Below the pieces are notes generated by a model, which made no database searches, was not told where the DNA came from, and saw only the letters and a program-made list of their open reading frames with translations. Position numbers and translations under genes: made by a program. From the sequence record MH791414.1: 64,000 bases of DNA. The stretch is one strand, 5' to 3'. Shown piece after piece: positions 44,016 to 52,785 of the stretch (position 1 is the first letter of the stretch; every line of letters begins with the position of its first letter).

Positions 44016-44210
44016 TCAATCCTCAAAATACCAGCATGGATGATTATCATGGAAATCAACCGGGACACCCCATTCACCAGATACATCATGACAAACATTG
44101 GAATCTTTCTTGTAGAAACCAATAGCATCACAGGCCGGTGCTCCCGCGTAACGAAGAACATAGAACTTGGTATGATTCGGAACATCTTTAAATTCACATA
44201 CTCTTTTCAT
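44016..44210 (-). CDS. hypothetical protein
   Basis: AAGGA SD (duplicated). Confidence 0.65.
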   Translation of the reverse strand: MKRVCEFKDVPNHTKFYVLRYAGAPACDAIGFYKKDSNVCHDVSGEWGVPVDFHDNHPCWYFED

Positions 44211-44242
44211 AACAGTTCCTTACTCTTTTCATAACAGTTCCT
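44199..44242. repeat. 22-bp tandem duplication of SD and start codon
   Basis: TACTCTTTTCATAACAGTTCCT x2. Confidence 0.95.
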
Positions 44243-44523
44243 TAAGAAATCTTTCCAGCTTGATAAGCGTCGTAAGCATCCAGCCAATCATCACGATCAA
44301 GACCATGACCATCAGCAACCAGAATCACACCTTCAAGCGGTTTCCAATAAGAAGAATCATGAATCAAATCTTCCACCTTATCCCAACAACCATTTTCAAT
44401 AAAGATAGCCAGCTTTTGATGGTTAGTCCGATTCAATTCGCTCGGAGTAGTGCGAGTACGTTCACCACAAGCACCAACAAACGCATCAGGATTGCTTTTA
44501 ATATAGTCAAGAATAGTTTTCAT
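44242..44523 (-). CDS. hypothetical protein
   Basis: GGAG SD. Confidence 0.7.
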   Translation of the reverse strand: MKTILDYIKSNPDAFVGACGERTRTTPSELNRTNHQKLAIFIENGCWDKVEDLIHDSSYWKPLEGVILVADGHGLDRDDWLDAYDAYQAGKIS

Positions 44524-44526
44524 AAT

Positions 44527-44838
44527 TTACTCCAAGTCAATATCCCAAACACATACTTTAACAAATTGCTCGCCGATTTCCCAAGAAGAATAGAAACCAT
44601 TTTCTTGAAACTTGGGGATAAGATGATTGCGAATGAAATCATATATAGACACACAGTTATTCAGTTCTCTATCAATCAACCCTTCAATATAAAGAACAGA
44701 GATACCAAGGTCTAGCACTTCATTGGTAGCCATACCACAAACATGATCATTATAGAGCACATTAACGAACTCTACAATATTCTTTTCGCGATCCTGTTTC
44801 TTCTTACGAACATGTTCTTTCAATTCAGCAGCATTCAT
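44527..44838 (-). CDS. hypothetical protein, paralog of 56770..57099
   Basis: MNAAEL...LIP.F..NGF. Confidence 0.7.
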   Translation of the reverse strand: MNAAELKEHVRKKKQDREKNIVEFVNVLYNDHVCGMATNEVLDLGISVLYIEGLIDRELNNCVSIYDFIRNHLIPKFQENGFYSSWEIGEQFVKVCVWDIDLE

Positions 44839-44842
44839 AATC

Positions 44843-45178
44843 TTAACCCCCAAACACATTATCAAAATCAGGATGTTCCCAACCTTGAACTTTCTCTTTA
44901 TCTATATTAACAAGACCAATGATATCAGCGCAACACTTTTCGATATATTCTTTATCATCAGTCCAGAACTCAACCATCACCCAAGTAGTAGTAGAAGCCG
45001 GATCCCATCCTTGAAGAAACATCTTATCCTTAACATATCCACGAACCTTCCACATATCATCATGACTAAGGCCAAGAATCTGGATATTGAAATTCTTATC
45101 ACTCATCTCAAATTTACCATAGATAGCAGCAATAACAACACCATTCTTTGCATCACGGAAGTTATAGAGCTTATGCAT
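44843..45178 (-). CDS. hypothetical protein
   Basis: 111 aa. Confidence 0.7.
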   Translation of the reverse strand: MHKLYNFRDAKNGVVIAAIYGKFEMSDKNFNIQILGLSHDDMWKVRGYVKDKMFLQGWDPASTTTWVMVEFWTDDKEYIEKCCADIIGLVNIDKEKVQGWEHPDFDNVFGG

Positions 45179-45182
45179 AATC

Positions 45183-45479
45183 TTAATCCTTGTAGTTAAT
45201 TTGACACTTCAGAACATAAACCATCGGAGCTTGATAATTCTCATCACAGAAGTCGAAATCATCATAGCAAAGTTCTTGGACAAGCTCAATAGAGTGAATG
45301 TCTTTAATGAGAGAAAAATCACGCGCTACTTTCTTCAAAGAATCCACAGAACCCTTGATAACCAACATGGCCGTTTCTTCCAGATACATACCAAAAACAG
45401 ATTTGATATCATACCCACGAGATTTCAACAGAACTTCCATTTCTTTAGCAGTAGTACGGATTGCGTTTTGAATAGTCAT
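45183..45479 (-). CDS. hypothetical protein
   Basis: First gene after early promoter. Confidence 0.7.
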   Translation of the reverse strand: MTIQNAIRTTAKEMEVLLKSRGYDIKSVFGMYLEETAMLVIKGSVDSLKKVARDFSLIKDIHSIELVQELCYDDFDFCDENYQAPMVYVLKCQINYKD

Positions 45480-45750
45480 CTTGTTTTCTCCCTCTCAGTT
45501 AGTAAGTACATGGTACACCACCACCAAAAAGGATGCAAACATTTTATTTAAAGAATCAAACATTCGCTTTTGATAATCAAACATTTTCAAATTTCGGTAT
45601 TCGATAAGAATTCCATATAATGGTGATAAATTGTAAATATTTGTTAAAAGAAACCCACAAATGACGCGGGTTAGAGCGATTTTGTTTGAATTTATGTTAA
45701 TACAAGAAAAACGCACTAAAATGGTGCAAAACCCCTCGCTACACCGATTG

Positions 45751-45945
45751 TCAATTTACAACGGGTGAAAACATCACGTATCCATTGTTATAGATAGTCA
45801 AAGTTCCACTATCGTCCTCAAAAGCGAAATAATCCTCAGATCCAGTGAGTGGAACATATGCAACGCCGGGAACATCTCTAATCGCTGCAACTAGCTCAAC
45901 TACACAAGATCCCTTGTGAGATTCGTAAACAGTTTGGATATTCAT
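45751..45945 (-). CDS. hypothetical protein, paralog of 46099..46332
   Basis: IxTVY...EDDSGxL. Confidence 0.7.
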   Translation of the reverse strand: MNIQTVYESHKGSCVVELVAAIRDVPGVAYVPLTGSEDYFAFEDDSGTLTIYNNGYVMFSPVVN

Positions 45946-46098
45946 TTGCTTTCCCTCGATTCCCTCGATTCAATCTTACCTTCCCACCACCGGGTTACGG
46001 GCATCTGGTCACTATGGCGTCGCTTCTTGTTCTGCTCTCGTTCTTTGGCTTTCTTCATCTGGTATTGGAAGAAATAATCGCTATTAAATTCAGACATA

Positions 46099-46332
46099 TT
46101 ATTTCCTTATGATACAAGTTTTGGGGGTGAAATCAAATTCACCATCGATAAACACCCGGAGAGATCCGCTATCATCCTCATAGGTAAACGCGAGGGGTGA
46201 TTCACAATTAGCAATAGCCAGCGTTACCTTGTTACCCTTGGAGGATAGGCGCTCGATTGCTTCGATGAGATTCTTAACTGGATTAATAGAACCACCAGCA
46301 ACGAAATTATTGTAAACGGTTTCGATACTCAT
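46099..46332 (-). CDS. hypothetical protein, paralog of 45751..45945
   Basis: IxTVY...EDDSGxL. Confidence 0.7.
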   Translation of the reverse strand: MSIETVYNNFVAGGSINPVKNLIEAIERLSSKGNKVTLAIANCESPLAFTYEDDSGSLRVFIDGEFDFTPKTCIIRK

Positions 46333-46335
46333 ATT

Positions 46336-46593
46336 TTATTCCCCTTCAATATCGAAGTAATTACGTTCACTCATGAACACAAAAGCACCCCAACCGTTGT
46401 TGGTGTCGTTGATAGTACCATCGTCATTCAGAATGATTTCTTCCCCGTTACCGTCTACCAGTTCGATAGTCCCATTGAAACAGTTTACCGCTTCGTGGGG
46501 AGCGTCTTTCATGTATTCTGCGATAGCTTGGTTAGCACGACCCAGACTAGCGAATTCTATTCGGGCTTGGACTGATTTAAATTTGATTTGCAT
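46336..46593 (-). CDS. FKS-family protein
   Basis: MQIKFKSVQARIEF...ERNYFD. Confidence 0.75.
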   Translation of the reverse strand: MQIKFKSVQARIEFASLGRANQAIAEYMKDAPHEAVNCFNGTIELVDGNGEEIILNDDGTINDTNNGWGAFVFMSERNYFDIEGE

Positions 46594-46599
46594 TGGTTA

Positions 46600-46806
46600 T
46601 TACTCCATGGTGTCTACAATGTCAAAGAAAACTTCTACGTCTTTCTTAGAGATAACAAACTGCTCGTTTTCATAATCTTGACCATTATCCTTAACCCAGA
46701 ACGGGAGAAGGCCATAGGTTTCAGAAAGAGGAACAGCCATCTGACCGTTTGTATATGCCATAAGGTTGATATGGTCTTGAGATTTGAACTGGATTTTAAT
46801 CTGCAT
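46600..46806 (-). CDS. FKS-family protein
   Basis: IQFKSQDH...FFD. Confidence 0.7.
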   Translation of the reverse strand: MQIKIQFKSQDHINLMAYTNGQMAVPLSETYGLLPFWVKDNGQDYENEQFVISKKDVEVFFDIVDTME

Positions 46807-46815
46807 GATATCCCC

Positions 46816-47016
46816 TTACTTGATGATGTCAAAGTGTTTGAGGGATTCTTCGTCTATGACAAAGAAAGACAAACCAGCAACGTTAGCAATGAAACCATAC
46901 GGGGCTTCGATTACATCAAACCAACCATCACCCATCGCGTTAGCGAGGATATCGAATTTAGGATGCAACCCGGAGAACAGTTTCGCGTCTTCAACAGATT
47001 TAAATTTGACTTTCAT
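46816..47016 (-). CDS. FKS-family protein
   Basis: MKVKFKSVEDAKLF...KHFD. Confidence 0.75.
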   Translation of the reverse strand: MKVKFKSVEDAKLFSGLHPKFDILANAMGDGWFDVIEAPYGFIANVAGLSFFVIDEESLKHFDIIK

Positions 47017-47025
47017 AATATCCCC

Positions 47026-47268
47026 TTAGAAATTCTTAACAACGATATGAGTAATGGAATCACCAAAAGATTCTAACGCTTTACGAGTGGACATACAACC
47101 CATTTCCACCACAGAACCATCTTCTTTTTTGATGGATACGTTAACCACGAAGTCCATACCACCAGAAGTCAGTTCACCCTTCATGGTGATGGTGCCTTCA
47201 GTGGAAGTACATACCAGAGTTTGATTCCCGAGCATGTTATTCAGACGATTGCGAAGTTTGGTATTCAT
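47026..47268 (-). CDS. hypothetical protein
   Basis: GAGGG SD before MNTKLR. Confidence 0.7.
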   Translation of the reverse strand: MNTKLRNRLNNMLGNQTLVCTSTEGTITMKGELTSGGMDFVVNVSIKKEDGSVVEMGCMSTRKALESFGDSITHIVVKNF

Positions 47269-47584
47269 GGTTAGTCCCTCTCGTTTCGATAGAGAGGATT
47301 TCATCCTCTCGAAGAATCGCACCGCGATTCGATATGGATATAATACCAGAACCAGATTACCGCGCAACTACTTTTTCAAAGTATTTTCCATATTCCGGAT
47401 TGAATGTTTTTGTACAACCCGCGAGATGTAACCATCATGGTAATCCATTTATTACCCTGACAATATTTCACCACAAGCCCCTTGCGAGTCACAGACAGAG
47501 TGCCAATCCAATGATAGTTCCCACACTGGTTAGACCCAATCCCATAGACAACACACAGGAATATGACTCGAATAATGGAGATCA

Positions 47585-47745
47585 TACTAACCCTCTACTA
47601 TCTCAGCAGAACCAAATTCTACTCGGACCATCATATCAGACAGACTGGACATACAGGGTTCACCAGATTCATAAACCCCGTCATATTCCCCGGTAAAGGT
47701 AATGAGTTGTTCACCTTCTTTAATTTTGACCATTGAGTATTTCAT
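47585..47745 (-). pseudogene. small gene with apparent 1-nt frameshift
   Basis: MKYSMVKI continues as EGEQLITFTGEYDG...EIVEG in another frame. Confidence 0.4.
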
Positions 47746-47747
47746 GA

Positions 47748-48152
47748 TTAACGACGCTCCACCTTGGCAACATTTTTCTTGAACTCTTCAACCCGCTTTT
47801 CCATCAGCTCAACATAAGCAACCGGAGCCTTACGGGCTTTAGCAGCATCAAGCTGATCTTCCAAACCGAACACCTCACGGGTGACGTAGAGCTGGGCAAT
47901 GGTTAGGGTATATTTGTCGGCCTGCTCATCAGTCATATCAGCAACAACACCATAGTTCTGACCGTTAGCAATATCAACACCGTGCTCAGGACGGAAATGG
48001 TTACCCAGCATCGCACCAGTATCCGGATGACACAGGGTCATTTGTTTTTTGCCACAAGATTTAACAACAGCGCGGGACCAAGAGAAGGTGCCTTTACCGT
48101 CTACGCTTGCAACCTGAATAACAATCTGACCCTTGGTGAATGCTGCTTTCAT
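47748..48152 (-). CDS. hypothetical early protein
   Basis: AAGGA SD, after promoter and leader motif. Confidence 0.75.
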   Translation of the reverse strand: MKAAFTKGQIVIQVASVDGKGTFSWSRAVVKSCGKKQMTLCHPDTGAMLGNHFRPEHGVDIANGQNYGVVADMTDEQADKYTLTIAQLYVTREVFGLEDQLDAAKARKAPVAYVELMEKRVEEFKKNVAKVERR

Positions 48153-48202
48153 GTCTAGTTCCTTTTCCGTATCTCGTTTCGATAGAGATATAATAACCTA
48201 GA

Positions 48203-48430
48203 CTATTCCCAATGCGCAACCACTTTTTCAAAGTATTTGCTTTCTTCTTTTACTTCGATGGTAAAGTCACCATCAACCGTATCCCACCACCAGCCAGTTG
48301 CATCAACATTAACCGCGAATGGATTCATACCATAACGCTCAACCAGATTTTTGTTGTGGCTGGAATAACCAAGGCTGATACGAGCAAAAGCCTCCATATC
48401 TGATTCAGATTTGAACTTGATAAAAAACAT
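48203..48430 (-). CDS. FKS-family protein
   Basis: IKFKSESD..SHN..YGMNPF..ESKYFE. Confidence 0.75.
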   Translation of the reverse strand: MFFIKFKSESDMEAFARISLGYSSHNKNLVERYGMNPFAVNVDATGWWWDTVDGDFTIEVKEESKYFEKVVAHWE

Positions 48431-48442
48431 AATGACCCCTTA

Positions 48443-48709
48443 TTAATATTGACTTTCTACAGCAGCAACCACACGACCGACATACTTATCGGTAGTCAGC
48501 GCCATATCGATTACCATATCAACAACCTCTTCATTGGCTGCGAAAATGGTTGCGTAGGTATCGACACAGGTAACCGTGCAATGTTTGTTGATTTTGATAA
48601 TCCGGGTATCACCATCCCGCGTGACGTTATCGGGATACATGGCTGCGAGGATGCGCCAAATATTAATATCCAAATCACTGGTATAGAAAACCGGGGAGAT
48701 GTTTTTCAT
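48443..48709 (-). CDS. hypothetical protein
   Basis: AAGGA SD. Confidence 0.7.
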   Translation of the reverse strand: MKNISPVFYTSDLDINIWRILAAMYPDNVTRDGDTRIIKINKHCTVTCVDTYATIFAANEEVVDMVIDMALTTDKYVGRVVAAVESQY

Positions 48710-48718
48710 GACTATTCC

Positions 48719-48946
48719 TTATACGTTAAGAATCTTGATGTCAGAACGATTTTTCATTTCATCTACTTGGGAATTTGCGACCCGAATAGTTTCATTCCGG
48801 GGATACGAAGCACTGAAAGGAATACATTCGGTGGTCAAATATCCCACAACCTTTTCTTTGGCCTTGGAAGGGTTCATAGCATAAACAAGAAAACTTTCCA
48901 TACCATTAACAGTTTTCATCACCACAATATAATAGAAGTAGTTCAT
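48719..48946 (-). CDS. hypothetical protein
   Basis: After early promoter. Confidence 0.7.
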   Translation of the reverse strand: MNYFYYIVVMKTVNGMESFLVYAMNPSKAKEKVVGYLTTECIPFSASYPRNETIRVANSQVDEMKNRSDIKILNV

Positions 48947-49015
48947 AGTTTCCCCTATTCGATATGGATATAATACCCCAGACAGGATTATGAAAGCAAC
49001 AACTATTTCATAGTT

Positions 49016-49240
49016 TTATTCCTTATCCATATCAGCAAGAGACATTGGATCGATTCGGTCAAAAATGAGAATGGTTTTCATATTGTATGGAGTATCGAGA
49101 CCATCAACTTTTTTCATCCAGCAAGGGAATTCCTCTGGTTCATAATAGGTATAGCTTTCTTCCCATACCCCGATAGTAGAAACGAATTCCTCTCGGGTGT
49201 TGAAGTAGGTATAACCCAGAGCTTCCATAATCTTTTTCAT
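49016..49240 (-). CDS. hypothetical protein
   Basis: 74 aa. Confidence 0.65.
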   Translation of the reverse strand: MKKIMEALGYTYFNTREEFVSTIGVWEESYTYYEPEEFPCWMKKVDGLDTPYNMKTILIFDRIDPMSLADMDKE

Positions 49241-49253
49241 AGCCTTACACCTT

Positions 49254-49481
49254 TTACTTGAATTTTACCACTTCGTACTGGTCGGGGTCGATTTGTGTGT
49301 AGATATCTTGGTGGACGTTATCCAACGCATCTTGCATTTTTTTAATATCGCTTTCTGTGTAGATGAAAACTAAACATCCTTCATCATACTCGTCTGCATC
49401 AACAAGATATACACATTCCCCACAAACTTCAAGAACAGCCAGACGGTTTGTGTATTTATTTTTCAGTGCGTAGAGTTTCAT
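49254..49481 (-). CDS. hypothetical protein
   Basis: 75 aa. Confidence 0.65.
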   Translation of the reverse strand: MKLYALKNKYTNRLAVLEVCGECVYLVDADEYDEGCLVFIYTESDIKKMQDALDNVHQDIYTQIDPDQYEVVKFK

Positions 49482-49493
49482 AATTACCCCTTA

Positions 49494-49775
49494 TTAAACC
49501 ATTTCGTTCAGATTCTTGAAAAGAACCTCTACGTAGTTATTCATATCTTTCCAAGAACGGATAGTACGAACATCACGAATGAAACAGAAAGCCACTTTCA
49601 CATCATGGTCACCAGAAGAAACCAGCATATCGTATACCAGATTGTTGGTGTAGTGCAATGCAGTTTTGCACTTAGCCAACTCCTTAGAAGGAAGAGAAAT
49701 ATGATTGAAACCGTCACACGCAAACCCATCGCGAGTCAGAGAAACCAAAGCAGCTTCAGCAATCTTCTTTTTCAT
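49494..49775 (-). CDS. hypothetical protein
   Basis: GAGGA SD after promoter. Confidence 0.7.
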   Translation of the reverse strand: MKKKIAEAALVSLTRDGFACDGFNHISLPSKELAKCKTALHYTNNLVYDMLVSSGDHDVKVAFCFIRDVRTIRSWKDMNNYVEVLFKNLNEMV

Positions 49776-49817
49776 CTTCTTTTCCTTCTCAGTTGGTGTA
49801 CAAGTATAGTAACCCCA

Positions 49818-50234
49818 TTAGCTGGGATATGCAAACACTAATTGAGGTTTATTTTTACGATGGAGTTCAAGAAGTTCCACCAGCAACTTTTCTTGGTGTT
49901 CCCAAATATCCATAGCTGTTTTTGGTGTTTCTCTAACTGTTTTTGGTGTTTCTCTTTGCTGGTAGACCGTAATCTCTTCAATCTCACCATTACCAATCAT
50001 CGCATTGGTGTAGAAGCACCACAAATGAGTATCGCGATCTTCGATATTATAAATCGTCCCGGTATTGATCATCTTGATTGTAGTCGCCCCGGTATAATAT
50101 TCTCGTTTTACGATAGTCAACACTTCGAAAGAAGCACCAACCACCAGTTCAGGGAACTTATCGGACAAGTCTTTGTATTCTTTTCGGATGATATAACTTT
50201 TATGCAACATCTTCATTTTCCTTTTTAGGTTCAA
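49818..50234 (-). CDS. ELVVGASF-family protein with in-frame 21-bp duplication
   Basis: ELVVGASFEV; RETPKTV-RETPKTA. Confidence 0.75.
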   Translation of the reverse strand: MNLKRKMKMLHKSYIIRKEYKDLSDKFPELVVGASFEVLTIVKREYYTGATTIKMINTGTIYNIEDRDTHLWCFYTNAMIGNGEIEEITVYQQRETPKTVRETPKTAMDIWEHQEKLLVELLELHRKNKPQLVFAYPS

Positions 50235-50454
50235 GATACTCCATTACCATATGTTCCGTGTAGAAACACCAGTAGTCTGGATCTGATGTGATGTCGTATA
50301 CGGTCCCAGAATCCATTTTGAGGGTCATAATCCCATCACAACTATGACCATTGGAAGTTCGGATAACTTCGAAAGAAGCACCTACCACCAGTTCACGATA
50401 CCGCTTAGGGAACTCCGGGCAATCTTTTTTAATAGTATAACGCTTATTCAACAT
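50200..50454 (-). CDS. ELVVGASF-family protein
   Basis: ELVVGASFEV...MDSGTVY...WCFYT. Confidence 0.75.
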   Translation of the reverse strand: MLNKRYTIKKDCPEFPKRYRELVVGASFEVIRTSNGHSCDGIMTLKMDSGTVYDITSDPDYWCFYTEHMVMEYLEPKKENEDVA

Positions 50455-50463
50455 GATATCTCC

Positions 50464-50595
50464 TTAAGCGTTCAGCATAGGAATGATAACGAACAGAACA
50501 ACACCCACGATACCAGCACAGATCAAAGTCTCTTTGTGCTTGGAGATTTGGAACTTGATACGCTTAACAGCAAATTCGTAATTGGTCATGGTCAT
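50464..50595 (-). CDS. 43-aa membrane peptide
   Basis: Hand-translated MTMTNYEFAVKRIKFQISKHKETLICAGIVGVVLFVIIPMLNA; GAGGA SD after promoter. Confidence 0.6.
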   Translation of the reverse strand: MTMTNYEFAVKRIKFQISKHKETLICAGIVGVVLFVIIPMLNA

Positions 50596-50653
50596 TTCCT
50601 CTGCTCTGTTTCAATAGGGATATATTACTAATAACGAGAGAACGATACAAGCA

Positions 50654-50977
50654 TTATTTTTTAGAAAGAAGGAAAGTACGCATTTCTTTTTTGACGAAGG
50701 AATAAGTCACTTTACCGTCTTCATAAGTTTTCTTAACGATGGTGAAAGTACCGGTCTGGCCTTTCTTGGCGTTGTAGAACCAGTTGCCTTCCCCTACGTT
50801 GCGCTCGTTCAGCTCGATACCAGATTCGGTTTTGATGCTGATGTGCTGGTCGTACTTCTCGCTAACGTGGACGAATTTGGTAACGGTAGCGGTTTCTACG
50901 AAAGTCTCTGTGTTAACAACTTCGTTACAACCAACCAAACCCATCAGAGCAATCAAGACAACCAGCAGCTTTTTCAT
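50654..50977 (-). CDS. lipoprotein, paralog family L
   Basis: Lipobox LVGC; ETATVTKFV; first gene after promoter. Confidence 0.85.
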   Translation of the reverse strand: MKKLLVVLIALMGLVGCNEVVNTETFVETATVTKFVHVSEKYDQHISIKTESGIELNERNVGEGNWFYNAKKGQTGTFTIVKKTYEDGKVTYSFVKKEMRTFLLSKK

Positions 50978-51054
50978 CTCTATATCCTTTTCGTCTCTCG
51001 TTTCGATGTGGATATAATACTAAAGGGCTCGTCAGATAACAAGCCCTTTTTGAA

Positions 51055-51387
51055 TTAAATTGGTTTATTTTTACGATGGAATTCCAGTTCTGCGATCAGT
51101 TCCTTCTCCCGCTTCTCCCAACGCATAAGCTTGTTATACTTCTTATCTGGGATTAGGTATTCCCCTACCATGGAATCAGTGTAGAAGGCCCACATAGGCC
51201 ATCGACCATCTTCTGCATTATACACAGTACCACTATCCATAGTGATTATTGTAGCCCCCTTGGTAAGACACGAATTCCACACAATCGCTTCTTCGTTCAC
51301 TGTGAATGAAGCACCAACAACCAGTTCAGGAAAGAAATCTTCAAAATTTTCATTAACCTTCTTGACCGTGTAGCGTTTACCCTTCAT
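51055..51387 (-). CDS. ELVVGASF-family protein
   Basis: Start trimmed to MKGKRY. Confidence 0.75.
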   Translation of the reverse strand: MKGKRYTVKKVNENFEDFFPELVVGASFTVNEEAIVWNSCLTKGATIITMDSGTVYNAEDGRWPMWAFYTDSMVGEYLIPDKKYNKLMRWEKREKELIAELEFHRKNKPI

Positions 51388-51397
51388 ACAATCCCCC

Positions 51398-51655
51398 TTA
51401 CTCAGAAATGATATCGAAATATTTTGATTCGAGTTTAACATCAATAGCGAACTCACAACCACCAGTTTCTGGATTCGTGATATCCCACCATCGACCATCA
51501 TGGACAACATCAATCTGGATAACACCCATACCATATTCTTCAACAAACAATTTATTGTGTTCGGTTACGTTAGTAATCTCATTGCAATTAATATCACAAA
51601 ATTCTTTCATCGCTTCTTCTGACTTGAAACGGATCTTCATGCAACATACTCCCAT
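51398..51655 (-). CDS. FKS-family protein
   Basis: IRFKSEEA..HN..YGM..ESKYFD. Confidence 0.75.
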   Translation of the reverse strand: MGVCCMKIRFKSEEAMKEFCDINCNEITNVTEHNKLFVEEYGMGVIQIDVVHDGRWWDITNPETGGCEFAIDVKLESKYFDIISE

Positions 51656-52095
51656 TCACCAGAACAATCATTTATGATCTTGTAGGTGTGTCCATAGTCC
51701 TTGATGGTTTCTGCAATCAGGTTAATGATCTCTTCATCACTTCCCCAATGACCCAGAGAGAAGATGATTTTATCATCACTCTCGTTCACTTCCTTATAGT
51801 CAAACCCACAATGGGTGTACATGTGAAGGCAGCGAGTTTTTCCATCATAACTAAACTTGAAAATGAAGTGTTGAAAATCTGGACTATGAATATCAACAAC
51901 ACAACTCAACTTTTCCCAAGGGTCTTTAATATCTTTGTTGTTGTTGTATTCGATGGAGTTACGACATCCAGCGTCTTCAACTACCTTCTTAGCATACTTC
52001 TGTACGAGTGCGCTAAGAGCCTTGTACACCTTATTCCCGATCTCGGTTGCCTTCAGACCAGCATCAACAACAAATACATTAGAACTATTCTTCAT
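51637..52095 (-). CDS. hypothetical protein
   Basis: AAGGA SD. Confidence 0.7.
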   Translation of the reverse strand: MKNSSNVFVVDAGLKATEIGNKVYKALSALVQKYAKKVVEDAGCRNSIEYNNNKDIKDPWEKLSCVVDIHSPDFQHFIFKFSYDGKTRCLHMYTHCGFDYKEVNESDDKIIFSLGHWGSDEEIINLIAETIKDYGHTYKIINDCSGEWEYVA

Positions 52096-52106
52096 GATAT
52101 TTTTCC

Positions 52107-52379
52107 TTAAATCCAGTTTACATGACCGATACGTTGGTGGAAACCAGTACCGAAAGATTTTACCACATCAAGAAACTCGAACCAATCTCTCATTCCATCA
52201 TACATTTCATTTTTGTTGGTGTAAACAACTTTAATGCAATTTCCACCAAATCCCTCATGGTTCATTTTTACCAAGTGGAAGTTACCAACCACTTTAGCGA
52301 ACTCCGGGGAACCTTTAATAAGATTATCATATTGTTCTTTGGAAGTCATCCCAGCAAAAGAGATTTCATAAATTTTCAT
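52107..52379 (-). CDS. hypothetical protein
   Basis: 90 aa. Confidence 0.65.
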   Translation of the reverse strand: MKIYEISFAGMTSKEQYDNLIKGSPEFAKVVGNFHLVKMNHEGFGGNCIKVVYTNKNEMYDGMRDWFEFLDVVKSFGTGFHQRIGHVNWI

Positions 52380-52388
52380 ATTCTACCC

Positions 52389-52733
52389 TTACTTGTTTGC
52401 GAGAAATTTCTTGATGGCTTCTTGTTCTTCTGACGTCATGTTTTTGAATTGTTCAATAGCCTTGTGTTGCTCGGTAGAAACCGCATTAGCAACACTACCA
52501 GTGTGATGTTTGATGTAACTCTGGCTTACTTCGTAAAACACATAACCCTGCTCATCAAAGAACACTTTGGTACTCGATACCATCGGAGTTTCAACCCGTA
52601 CAGGTTTAATAACATAAACGTCGATTGAGTCACCCTTGGAGATCATTCCCCGGTCGATACAGTATTGAACTGCTTCGGATACACCATTATCAAAATAACC
52701 AAGAACCTTACCTTTATTCTCAATGCGTACCAT
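52389..52733 (-). CDS. hypothetical protein, paralog of 26514..26873
   Basis: LGYFDNGVSEAVQYCID. Confidence 0.75.
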   Translation of the reverse strand: MVRIENKGKVLGYFDNGVSEAVQYCIDRGMISKGDSIDVYVIKPVRVETPMVSSTKVFFDEQGYVFYEVSQSYIKHHTGSVANAVSTEQHKAIEQFKNMTSEEQEAIKKFLANK

Positions 52734-52785
52734 TATGATTTTTCCTTATGGGTTAACTTTCAGATTTTTCAGGGCAGCGACCCGT

